64,000 bases of DNA from Tubiluchus corallicola (Eukaryota > Animalia > Priapulida), in NCBI GenBank assembly GCA_030141605.1, contig JAQGDQ010000015.1:992001-1056000 (forward strand). The letters are read 5' to 3'. Each line of letters begins with the position of its first letter. Position 1 is the stretch's first letter. The notes under the pieces are model-generated. The model was not told the DNA's origin. It saw only the letters and a list, made by a program, of their open reading frames with translations, and made no database searches. The position numbers and the translations under genes are program-made. Positions 1 through 13,100 of the stretch are shown in pieces.

Positions 1-1185
1 ATTACATATGAATATTACATGTATAGACAAGATGAATCTTATGAACAAAAATAACTAATGTATAAGCTGCTTAGAATCTACCTGCATCTATCTTTGTTTT
101 TTAAACTATGTTGTAAAACGAGTGCACACAGAAATCACAGAAACTTTTTAGAAAGACAATACTACACACTAATAATAATAATAAGACAATAATAATACAA
201 TATTAGAAAGATAATAAGACAATGCTTGCAATAGGCCAATAATATTCACTATAATATGGAAAATCACAAATTAAAAAATATTAATAACAACATCAGTAAT
301 GCTCATATACAGTATACATTGTAACCATTATGCATAAACATTACAGGCTTATAATCTATAATAATAATAGTTAGTATATGCATAACTAACTTCTTAGTAT
401 TTTTTATCATGCAAATTACTTACTAGTGAGAGTTACATAAACAGTTATATGCAGCCTATGGAAATTTGTCATAAAATAATAAACGATGTAGATTAAACTG
501 TTAAAAATCACAGGTCGTGAATAAAAACAATCACCATCCAGTCACCATACCCTAACATAAAATTAACAGTACGTCATTAAAATTAGTACCACCAAAGAAA
601 ACAACCTTGAAATGGTAACATTTAACTAATTATCACATGTATGCATACAAGATAAAAATGGTGTTTCCATTATTTATCAAGCAAAAGTGTAAAAATGTTA
701 TAACCATTATGTCTACAAGTAAATTACTAACACAGGAAAAATATAGTAAAATCACAATCACCATAATAAGTAGTACTTAAGTCAATAAAATCATAGTAAC
801 AACCATTCTTAGTCTTAGTACAACCACCATACAACAGACAGAAATTAAAAATTATGCAACAATGGGTTTACAACCTATCATAATTTTGTAATAAAGTTGG
901 TAAAACATGGATTTCATTTGGAATGCAAATATCAATAGCACAACAAATTGTGGAATGTCAACTTAAATTAAATGCAAAACTTGTAAAATCAAGAATGCAC
1001 AATAATTTAGCTGCCTAACTATGGCGCAACATTTTTGTCACAATAGACAAAGTAAGTACAGGCAATACCTTACTAAACAGCAAAGTATTTTAGAATTAAA
1101 ACACGTACTGATACATATGTGCTAACTAAATACCTGTTTACTATTTCCTACTACTCTTTAGACTTTTTACCATCCCTTATTATTA

Positions 1186-4100
1186 TTATTTCTTGAAATT
1201 GGGCATCCATGGAAGATTGTTCAAATCCACATTACCTCCACAAAGTATGACTCCAATTTTCTTTATGGCTGGGTCCAAGTTTTTGGCTTTGTCGGACAAC
1301 ACCGCAGCAACAGTTGCAGCAGCACTAGTTTCTATTATCAACTGAAAAAATTGTACTATTTAAAAACACTCATTTTTTCACATATTTGTGATGGACATTC
1401 TCATAAATAAAAACACGTGTCATCTTTTGCTGAAATTTTTGCACTAAAATGTGTAATAACTTGCATGATTTTTTATCATACATGCAGAGCCGGAATATAA
1501 CTGTTGGTGTCCCTAGGCTAACGAAATAATGGGGGCCCCCCCAGACGGAGCTACCTCTATGCTCGCACTTGTATTGAACATTTTTTACTTGTGATATATT
1601 TTAGCAACATAGCATAACTGGGGCTCTCAAGTAAAGGGCTTCAAAGAGGGGCCTTTATTTCAAATAAATGGCTTCAAAAAGGGGATTTATCTCAAACCAA
1701 AATCCAGCCCTGCACGCATGCAATGTCATTTCTTCAGCAAAGCCATATTTCTACGTTGGCATATTGTATTTTTTGTGTTCTGTGTTGCCAGCGAGTGAGA
1801 CAAGAACTTTAAAAATCTCTTACATTCTTAAAAATTGGAGCAGAGTCTGATGTTCACAACTGTTTCAAGAGACATTTCCTTACACGAAATCACAAAGAAA
1901 AATAATTAAAAGTGAATGTGATAGCTTTACAATAGACATACCTTCATTCGCTCCCACATAAACTTCATTGCAGCTTGTATTTCATCATCATTCTAAAAAA
2001 ACAAGAGTTTGAGTCACCATTTTCATTGTACCACTGTCCAATAATTGTATTAAGATTGTTATTTATTGTACACAAATAATAAGTTGCACTTCTTTATTTT
2101 TAGAATATAATTGCAAAAATAAAATGACTAACAATATACTACAATTTTTATTAATATATTATGACCAATTTGAGTTTTACGAAAGTGGTTTCTGTCTACA
2201 TTTATGCCAGTCTACATAAATATCTACATAGCAAGTTCTGTCTACAGTTTATGAGAGTAATTTTAAGTCTTAATTAACAGCAATAATAATCATGTAATAA
2301 TATTATAATAATAATTTAGTAGTGCATAGCAAAGGGTGAAAAGGTCTGGGGAACTTGAAGTCCAAGTTCAAGTCTAAGTCCATGCTCCAGAGTCCAAGTC
2401 TAACAAGCTAGTGCCGGAAAATGTACATAGCAAATAGCATCATTATTATGCATTGTGCATAATGTAGGTATAATAGTTAAATATGATCCCAAACTGAAAA
2501 ATCAGACAATCAGACGGCATGACAATTTCAGAAAGCGGGTCAGAATACTCTAAAGGAAAGAGCAAACATAGAGGGTATCGAGTGAGCCGACCTTTATTTG
2601 GGCAGCTCGAATCTGACTGTCAGAACCAACGAGCAGCTTGTTAATGATAGCTAACGGCCATGTTCGACGGGGAAGGGGTTTGGCTTGCACCAAAACTAGG
2701 TCACCAACTTTACGCGAAATCACCTTATCAACCAAAAATCGCCAGCTGCGCAACGACTGAAGATATTCTAGCTTCCACCTTTGCCATAGGTACTCGGCGA
2801 TTAGAACAGGATGCTTCCAACGTTTAGGCAGAGAGATGTGATCAGGATCACTATTCATAGCAGTGGAGGAGGCACCATCCAAAACAAGAAATGGGCTGGA
2901 GTGAGTGGATCCTCTTTGACAGTTTGAAGCAAAGGGTGTCTATTTATGCGCTCCTTCAGTTCAGTGATAACCGTGTGTAGTCCTGAAAAGGTGAGAGATG
3001 GGTTGCCAACAGTTTTATAGCACGATCTCTTGACAGTACCAATCATTCTTTCCCAGAAACCACCCCACCAAGGGCTGGCCTCGGGAATAGTGCACCAAGT
3101 AACAGTACCCTTGAGTGACTCAGCTAACTTGACAAACATAGGATGGTTGTCACTAAAGAAGACAAAGTCCGGCATGCTTCTGTGAGCACTAAATCTGCGA
3201 ATTGCTAGAAGGATTTCCTTTTCGTCAAGAGAGGTTAGAAGCTCCATATGGATGGCTCGAGTGACTGCACAAGAGAACAACAAGACCCAAACTTCCTGCT
3301 TGTCAGCAGTATACAACACACAAAGTGATCCAAACCCGACCTCTGAAATGGAGCAGGCGTCACTCAAAACGAGGGTAAGACACCTTCAGGACTAGAGAAG
3401 GAGCGACTTTGCAAATGTCGACAATTGATACAGCTGCTAATGACACGTTTAATGGCTCTTCTAGGCTTAGGTATCCAGTACGACCTCAGCACTTCTGCGG
3501 AGGTGGCTGATACACCTTGATGGTATAGAAGTTTGTGAGTATGATGGATTATCAAGGTGGTCAAGTGAGAGCTTGGATTCAGCCAGGGCACAGCAACTTC
3601 ACGATTTTGAGGATTGCATATAGCTGTGCAATCGCTGTGTTCGGTTCCCGTTAATTAACTTTCCAAGCTAATTATTCAAATATAAGGAACAATTGTTAAC
3701 TTTTATGGGCAAGAAAATGTATATTTTGGACAGTACATGAGACGGGGTCTAAACAATCGTTCGGTCTTCCTTTAAAACACAATCTGAGTTGTTTTACAAG
3801 ATCGTGGCGGGCATTCACCGTCCATGGACAAGAATTTCTTGCACCTAAATGCAGAAGGACACATTCTGGCACAAAAAATGCACACTCTTTTGACCTAATT
3901 GTGAGCCAAAAGTCGCATGTCTTTTGCTATGGATTCTGCTGGGAACGGACTTTTTTTATAGCTTTATTACTAATCATTGCCACTTCTGCAGCTTCAAATT
4001 CAAGATGCACAAACTGCAGTAAAGGATCCAGTTCAAACCATTTCTTGGGATCAGCAGACTTCCTGCTCCATTCCAACCTAATGCTAGCTCGCAATTTTTA

Positions 4101-7100
4101 TAACAATAGTGGAGCAAGTAGAAAATCTGGTGTGGACACAAGATGTGCTGCATCACTGTTGTCAGTGAGGTCTTTGGTCAAGTTTCCTATCTCTCTCAGT
4201 GCAGATTCGAATTTGTCAATGACTTTGTGAAATTTAGAAACATCACCATCATCAACCTCAGAAACAGAAACTATACGCTGAGAATACAGTCCCAGTAAGA
4301 GACTCGGGTAACCAAATCTTTTCTCTAACAAATTGAGAGTTCAGCGGTAATTAGCAGCGGTGCAGGGAATATCTGCGACTGCCTCTTTGGCAACACCTTG
4401 AAGTGAAGTCAGTAGGTAAGTAAACTTACGTAAAGCTGGAATGTTTTGATTGTGCACTGCAGCACAGTACTGGTCATAAAAGGGTCTCCAGCCCATGTAA
4501 TCACCCGAGAACTTGGGCAGAGAGATTTGAGGCAAACCATGATAAGCACTAAATAAGCTCTCTGATGTCCCCCTAGCAACACTATGGTCACCAATGTTTG
4601 GAGAATTATGGTTCTCGGTGCAATTCAATAACCCGTTGGCTTTAAATTTGATACCTTCAGCATCATCGACATATTTTGTATGATCCGACAGTTCATTAAC
4701 TCGCTCGTCTTCTGTCTCATGTTGCCAAAAACCAATCTGGGAAATCCTTGCTTGCAAACAGAACTATATTTATATTTGCGTACAGCGACCAGGGTCCAAG
4801 CTACCAACTTCCACAACATCATAAGCAGTCTTTGATAACAGTATTGTTCTATGTCTTGTTACCAAGAGACACATTTCACAAGTCCGAGTCCAAAGAAAAA
4901 CCTGCTCGAGTAATTCAAGTCTTTATCATCTATTGTACACTGGTATTATTCTTCTCTTTAAAAATTCTTTCTGTCCTTAATAAAATTTAGCTTCTTACAC
5001 AACTAAATTACTATGTGTGTACAAATATAGTACACCAAAGAAGAATAACTATTATACTCTGTAATAAAAAATTACCAGTGCTCTCTAATTGACAAAATTC
5101 TATGGCCTTAGTAATCGATCGCTGTATGTGCGGATATAACTGTTGTTTGAACTCAAACATAATAAAAGATATTCTTAAATTACAATGATTTCTTGCTGAT
5201 GAAAAACTATAAAATTTACCACAGTATATACATCCTTTTCTGCATGCTGACATAGAATGGGAAAGTTCAAATTACCAACTTGCTGCACACGTATACCTTC
5301 AGCAATAGTGTCCACATACTGTGGAGGATTAGGCCATAGACGTTCTCCTAAAAATTTCCAATAAGTACCATATAATAGAAATAATTCATGTTTGTTATGA
5401 AATGTTTAACATCTTATATTGAAAAATTTAACATCTTGCCACCAATCACATCATCTGATCTGATCACGAGTCTAAAAATAGGCTTAAATATGATTCAGTA
5501 TAACTGTGACATCAACAAAATAATGCTAAACATAGTAAATTCTCACTGATCTGGGTAAAAGTGTTTTGTTAAGTAAAACGATATACCCTTACAACAAATA
5601 CACTTTTCGTGTTTAACCCGAGAAAAGCTTAACACACCCACATAGTAAATTGTGTTCTAATGCTGAGTTCTATGTTTTTTATGCTAATGTTACTTAAACC
5701 TGATTTTCAGCTTATTTTATGACAGATGCTAATTTGCTTAGTGCCCTGGTATAAACAGGTATTATACAACATGATGCTCTATCAGACTTTAATATTGTGG
5801 TAAAATTACAAGGCAAAATTTTTGGTCATGCATCTCAGTTACATTGGTCTCTTGTATGTGGTATGTTAACAAAAGGAAGTTAAAATACTCAGCCATTGAG
5901 CTATATAAAAATTCTCTATTCTTTTTTGAACGAATCATTGTGACAGTTTGAATGGGTTGCCTTGAACGGCCTTGGAGGGATGTAATGCGAATATTTGGAT
6001 ACATCCAAGAAAAGAAGTCTCTACTGACTTTTTCGTTGGGCAGAATATTACAAAAATAGGGATTTCATTTGATACATTAAATGATTTTCATTTGATGTCG
6101 TTAATTAATATAGTAACCTGTCTTATTATCTGTCCAGATTAGCAAGCTTTTACAGAATATCAATGCAATAATATACATTCGAAAACAAGTGAACTTAGTG
6201 AAATAAAAGCATTTGCAACTTTATAGCATCAATGTAATTGGCAATTAAATGTGAATAAACTACTTGCCACTTTCCAGACATTTCTGTAAATCCTTTCCCT
6301 TTGGTTCGACAAGAAAGACTGAAAATAAACATTTTCTTTTTAACTATGCATTTTATTATTTTTATACACTAAAATGAATATTATTGACCAGATTTTTATT
6401 AAAAAGCAAATTTTAAAATTATTTGTAACTTTTTTTTAACTGAGCAAACACTTGCATAACAGATTTCATTAGAACTGTCAATGCTGAATGTTGAGCTTCC
6501 AAAAATATAAAGATTCTCACTAACTGCCCAAAAAAGTTCAAGCTAGAAATGAACTGGAAGGATAGTGATGCACTCTGATTGTTTTAGAAACAGTAGAAAT
6601 AACTAGCAATCACACAGTTTCTTTAACTGTTGCGAAAGCAAAAAAAATCAACAAAGTTTTTCTAGTTACAATATACATGCTAAAAATATCCTGCCTGAAT
6701 TTTATCTAATATCATATAGGATGGATGAGTTGTGAAAGAGACAGTGAATTATCTACTGTACCAATATGACAGAACTTAACTAACTATTTATTAAGTTAAG
6801 TCATTCTAAAGCTACTTGAAGGTCCGAGCAAACATTATTTGCAGAATTACAACACACGAAAGTATTAATGCTTAAAAAATAGAGAAAGTATTTTGATATT
6901 AATCACATCAATTGATATGAAAATGTTAGTGGAATCAGAGTGCAATGTAAGAGTTTCAGCATAATATCTTAAACAACACGTTATAATATAAGCGATAAAA
7001 AGCACAAATTCCCCTGCAACTTTACTTTTTAGCTGCTGACCACTGCGTTAGTAATATATGTTCTGCTTCAACGTCTGATCAGAATGATGATAGCTGTTAG

Positions 7101-10100
7101 GATCATGCCACAGACTGTATTGCACAAATATAAGAATTCACTACTGATATTGTTTTAATCACACATCTTTGCTATGGATAACACAAAAAAGTGCAACTAA
7201 AATGTACTTTTTCTCATCCCTAACAGGTAGACTTACACCAAAAAAAATACAAACATATCACTATGCGGTAGTTACACTGGCAGTCAACCTGTAATTTCAA
7301 AGCTGAAGTCCAATACAGTGAAGTCAGCAAAACACAAAGTGAATAACAAAACATGGATAATACTTGCACATAAAAATACTCGTATCCAGGCGTTTGAAAA
7401 AGCTGTTCTGAAAAGTTAAGTAACTCATCAGTCTTCAAAAGAACAATCAAAGATGCTTAGTTTTAAATACGTAACGACTAATTGCATATTACGTACATAA
7501 GTAAAATACCTTCTCAGATACTGTCCTAAAGGGCATTTTCAATTTTATAGAAAGCCCATCTCTCAAAAATTGCCAATCAGTGAATTAAATGCAACGTCTA
7601 CTTCCACTTTTTACCTATTATATCTGATTAGCCAAAAGTACAACAATGAAAATGATATGAAATGTGCCCTTGCAAAATCCTTTGCTTTACAGGTTACAAA
7701 TAAGTTATTAATAAGAACACAAATTCTATGATTAGTATCTATATGACATAGTATGAAGTACCAATGAATATGATTTCTTCAAATTACATGTATCATCATC
7801 TTAGAAAATTAAACTTGGCATTATGAAAAAATATGAAAAGTGCATTTTGTTAGTAGAAATCTATATCACTCGTCATGCAATAAAATACCAGAAATACCTC
7901 ACTCAGTACCAACCACCTTTAGGATAACAAATACCAAAAAGCTGAAATAAAAACATTATAAATACACCCATCATTAATAACGAGAGCTCCTAAAAGCATT
8001 ACGACACCCAAATTTGTTTAACTGTAACTACTATGCTTCAGAAAGATAAAAGTGAAATATATACATACAGTGCAAATATCTGGGAACATATAACAAATGG
8101 TGTATAAGCAAAAGCATAGACCTTGATGATTGGTGACAGAACTAGTTGGCAGCATAGTACTTTGAACGCATAAATCGGTATAACATTATTTAAATTAAAG
8201 AAAATTGGTTTGTGATTTTTTTCAATAATGACCTTTCTGTCAAACGGCTTACAGGTACAGTAAGTCCTCGTTTAAAGACACTAATATGTTCCAGCAAAAT
8301 GCTACCTTAAGGGAAACATCTTATATCAGACAATGGATTCCATAGAAAACAATGTAAAAGCATTCCTTTGCATTTTCTAGGCACAGATCAATAATGCTTG
8401 GCCTGCTTAAGACAGCTTATTAAGTTGCCCTGCATGACAAAAATCAATAACTTGTGGCAACGCAAAACTTTCAGTTGTCCTGTCATACAAAAATTAATAA
8501 TGCTTGGCCCATAAATAAAACACCTTATGACAATTTTTAACTAAAAGTTAAAGTCAACCAAAGTTTGCAATGAAAATTTAAATTTGAAACTTAATTTTCT
8601 TGCATAAATCATCTTTCTCTGATTGACCCTCTTATGCCAATTCTTCCTCTTCCCTTTCTTTCCGTGCTTGTTTTTTGGAAAACAAATCTCGAGTTGTACA
8701 GACTTTTTTCTGGTAAAACTTCATTTCGACACTATAAAACATTAACAACATCACGTCTCACTTCTGAATTACGTTCTCTATGTAGGTTATTTTCACAAAA
8801 AATTTGAAGTCCGGGTGAATACTGTATTTATGAGCCTCAAGTAGGTATTTAACACTTTAACACTAGCCATTTCTGTTTAACATGCCTGCAAAATACTTAT
8901 AGCGTTGTTGTATTTCCCATAACATGCATGCAAATGAGTAGAACGCAGCTATAATTAACTCAGTAATATAACATGAAAGATTTCTATCAGAGGTAATTTT
9001 ATCTCTATGCACGATGGGGAAAGCGCTAGAAATCAGTGAGTGGTCAGCAATGAATCATCGCTGCCAACCTCTGACTGCTAAGTAAGGCAAATTATTACTA
9101 AGATGATTTCTCTTAATTGGGCTTCTTCATAAAGTATGTAAGTGCAGTAAATAATATTTCAGCGCTTGTTGGCAGAAAAAATCGTTGTTGAAGTGAAACA
9201 TGCATCGCTAAATGAATAAAAGGTGTCAAAAGATTAGTGTCATTAAAACGAAACATTGTAAAACGAGGAGTCATTAAATAAGGACTTACTGTATACATTT
9301 TAGCTATATCATAAATAGTCATGATGTGGTACACAAAGTAAATAATTGCAGTGTATGTGCTATGTGTGCCTAATAAGAGTTGCCAGTGACTCAAATTGCC
9401 AGAATAATTTAACTTCTAGTTCATTAAAGTTAAAATTAAATTACACTCTTAGCAAAAGAGTTACGAGGTGTGTTATTGCTGAACTCACTAAATAAAGTAG
9501 ACCTACACACCAGTTAATTATTGAAACTGTGAGTATTTGCAATCCCATTTCATAGTTCGGCGAACATAATAAGGCTGTTGCTGTTGTAACACTTCAATAC
9601 ATGGTTACAATTCAATAATTATGGAATTGAACCCTGTACATTTTGTTTTAGGTCATTTTATTCGTACATGGTATTTTAAAGATTATAAATATTAGTGCAA
9701 TCTTCAGAACAACAAAGACATTTAGAATGCATTTTCTTAGTCTAATATTTCTGCTAAATTTGTATTTGTCATATATGATGTACTTACTGTATCAAAAATC
9801 TTATTAACCCAGTTTAAGGGACATGTAGAATGATAAAACTGGTAAAAACATACCAGAAAAAAAGTGCTAGGACTTTTTTGATAACTGAAATTTCATGATG
9901 AGCCAGTCCTATTGCATTACGTGACAAAATTAGAAGTCTTCATTAGTGCCATTTCGTTTGCTTCTTACCTTTACAATGTGGTTTTATAGCTTTTGTTGCT
10001 AAAGAGACACCAGAACTCATTCCTCCACCGCTGAGACAAACAAATATGGCATCCAGGTCAGGCTGCTGCTCAAGAAATTCAACAGCCATGGTCCCCTACA

Positions 10101-13100
10101 ATTAAATACTCTGTTAGTTTAAAAAAAGTAAATGAATGCAATATTACAACTTAATAAAAAAATCAAACAGAAAAGAAAAGATGATACTTTTACTTATAAA
10201 ATGAAGCTTATAGACGAATCATGGATGTTAGTGTGTTTAACATTAACGACTCTGTTTAAAATCTTTGTTTTATTAGCATTGCCAATAATGGATGTCAAAG
10301 CTATTATAATCCAACATTTTTGTCATTAAGTCTTACATCTTGTTATTGCCGCTATGTACACCACCTTAGAAAAATTTACTTGAACACAAACTAGCTTTAA
10401 CATTGTTCTGTTTTTATGCTTTACAATCATTTGGTTGCAACCGCCAGTGACTCAGCATCGAGAAGTCAAAGTAAAAATACTATTTTGCATATTATAGGCA
10501 AGCATAAAGTGTGTTGTACCAGAAGTGGTTAATACGAGCTAAGAGCCACTGAACCCCGGCAAACAAAGGCATTTAATGAGCTAAAACAAAATGTGCAGGG
10601 TTTAATTACATAATTTTCAAATTGTAACCATATATTGTAGTGTTACAACAGCAACATCCTTGCTATATTCGCAGAACTACGAAATGGGATTGCAAACACT
10701 CACAGTTTCAATAATTAACTGTTGTGTAGGTCTAGTTTATTTAGTGAGTTCAGCGATCCTTTAGTTCATGCAAGCTTCCAATAAATGTTTGTTACGCAAG
10801 CATCAGGAGAGTATGCTGCAAATTTAACTTTTATTTAATGGTGCAGTGCAGTGACACATTGTTCTGAGACCTTCTGGCTCAAATGTTTTGCTAATGCATT
10901 TATCCACTAAATTTTTAAATTTAAAAAATAGTAGTAAATAAGTAAAAACTAATAGCAAGGATATGTTGTGTATGCATATCATACCTGCCCAGCAACTATG
11001 TATGGATCATCATATGAATGTATGATAACCTTGCCAGTCTCTTCAGAAACCCTGTTGCATACCTCTTTTCTAGAAAGATGACAAAATGTCTCTTAACAAC
11101 AAATAAACATTAACTGTCTAACAAAATTCTCACCGGCTACATAGTAACTAAATATTGATGGCACTATCACTTGCCATTGTTAACACTTTTTTGAGAGGCA
11201 GTATGTGGTCAAAATGAAAAACTATAAAAATAAACTTGATGTAGAGCCTACATACAGTACTGGCCAACACTGAATAAAATTAATCATACGCCGACAATAG
11301 CAAACACTAGTAAATAAAGAAAAACAAGCATAACTTTTAAAATGTAACCATCTACGAACAACGTTTTGAAGCTTACTTAAAAAGTTCATTGTATATTAAA
11401 AAGTAACAAAGACTAAATAAAATGAGTTAATAAACTTGGTAGTAAAAAAGTGCAAAGCTTCCTAAAAACAGAAATAAAATGACCTCAAGCAAATAATGTA
11501 GCAGAGTCAGTGAAAACGTCTTCAAAAAAATACAATACATGGCACGAGTTTTTATGAGACCAGAAATGTGCACCAAAATTATATTAAAACCCAATACAGA
11601 AAAGTTAAAATTTTAGCCAGTTGAGAATTACAGGATGGTAAATTCCAGCGGGATACCTAGATGTTGGATTGGGCTCACAAAACACAACATTTGCTCCATA
11701 ACCTTCAATTGCATCAATTTTCACTTGCGGAGTATTGTTTGGCACAACCACAGTACAAGCAACATCATTCAGTTTGGCTGCATAGGCGACAGCCATGGCA
11801 TGATTACCACTACTATGTGTTACCTGAAAATCAAAATATGTTAGTTATTAGCTTTTATAACTAATTATGTTTACAAATATGTACTACAAACATTATTGTA
11901 CTTTTGAAACTTCACCATGCTTGAAAACAAGTTAGTATAAAACAATTTACTAAAATGGAACAGCGAATGATTAGTTAGGTGGAACAAACGACAAATTTAT
12001 TACTGAGAGTCATATTTGCATAAGTATAAGTGCCAAGACAGAACTTATCATTACAGTCAGCTAGAAATTGTTTACTTTTAAAGCTAATTCCAGTTAATCT
12101 GTGTAATTAGCCTGTTTAGGCTCCATCTATATAACAATCTGATTGACGTTTTACCTGCCATTTGATACTTGAAGATAGGGCCTACTTATATGGTGCATAT
12201 AAGATGTCCAAAATGCATAAATAAATAAATGCCGGATTTTTTATTTGTTTAATAAAATAAACTCAGTAGTTTCAGTTCCTAACATTTGCTCGTAGTCTTC
12301 CAATTGATAATAGGATTCTTATTGTTTTAAATTTTTTCTGTTATAGTGTTGTTATCTGTTGTTGCTGTGTAAAATTTATTGCTTATTCTCAAAGGCCCAT
12401 TGTATGGTATTTTTGCAGATAAACTGCCAAAGCAGCATTAGTAATATAGAATGTTGTCTTGGCAAATGCTACATATTCTTTAATAAAACAGAAATCAATT
12501 TCTTTCATCAATTTCTAAATAATCTTTTTTCTGCTTGTAATTTGGCGTCACCCAATTGAAAATTGAAAAAAGTTAAAAAAACATAGTTAAATTAAATCAC
12601 GATTTGAATGATGGGTTGAAATCAAAATGTTTATTTACCAATTCTAATGAATGTTTATAAGAAAACATAACTTCAGCAATTAATAAAGTTAAATCTCATA
12701 ATTCGATAAAGTTTACTCAATGTCATTGTTGCCCATTTGCTTTACCACAAGGATGCCATGCTCTTAACATTGTCTTTTCCTTCTTCAAAGTGCACGCGTG
12801 ACGTACCCTTACATATCTGATTGGTATGATTCTTGCATCCTGCTTATATGTCGCAATAAATTAGAACATGAGTAATGTCCAGGCGTATGTCATACGAGTC
12901 ATATGCATTTGGCTCATGCAACAAAATTGCACTGTGTAAGTAGGACTTTACACAAGTTTACCGATGATTATTTTGTAATTCTTAACTGACTCTAAACTCC
13001 TAACATGAATGATTAAAAAGGTAAATATTCTAAGTCAAAGAAGCCTCTATGACATTAAAGAATACCTACATTAAGTAAGAAAAAGGTCAAAAGCCAGAGA

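Noticed and set aside
2030-5160. LTR pair for the BEL/Pao element
   Set aside because: Only short shared words (AAGTCC, TATTGTACAC) at the two ends; no convincing long direct repeat, PBS or PPT by eye.
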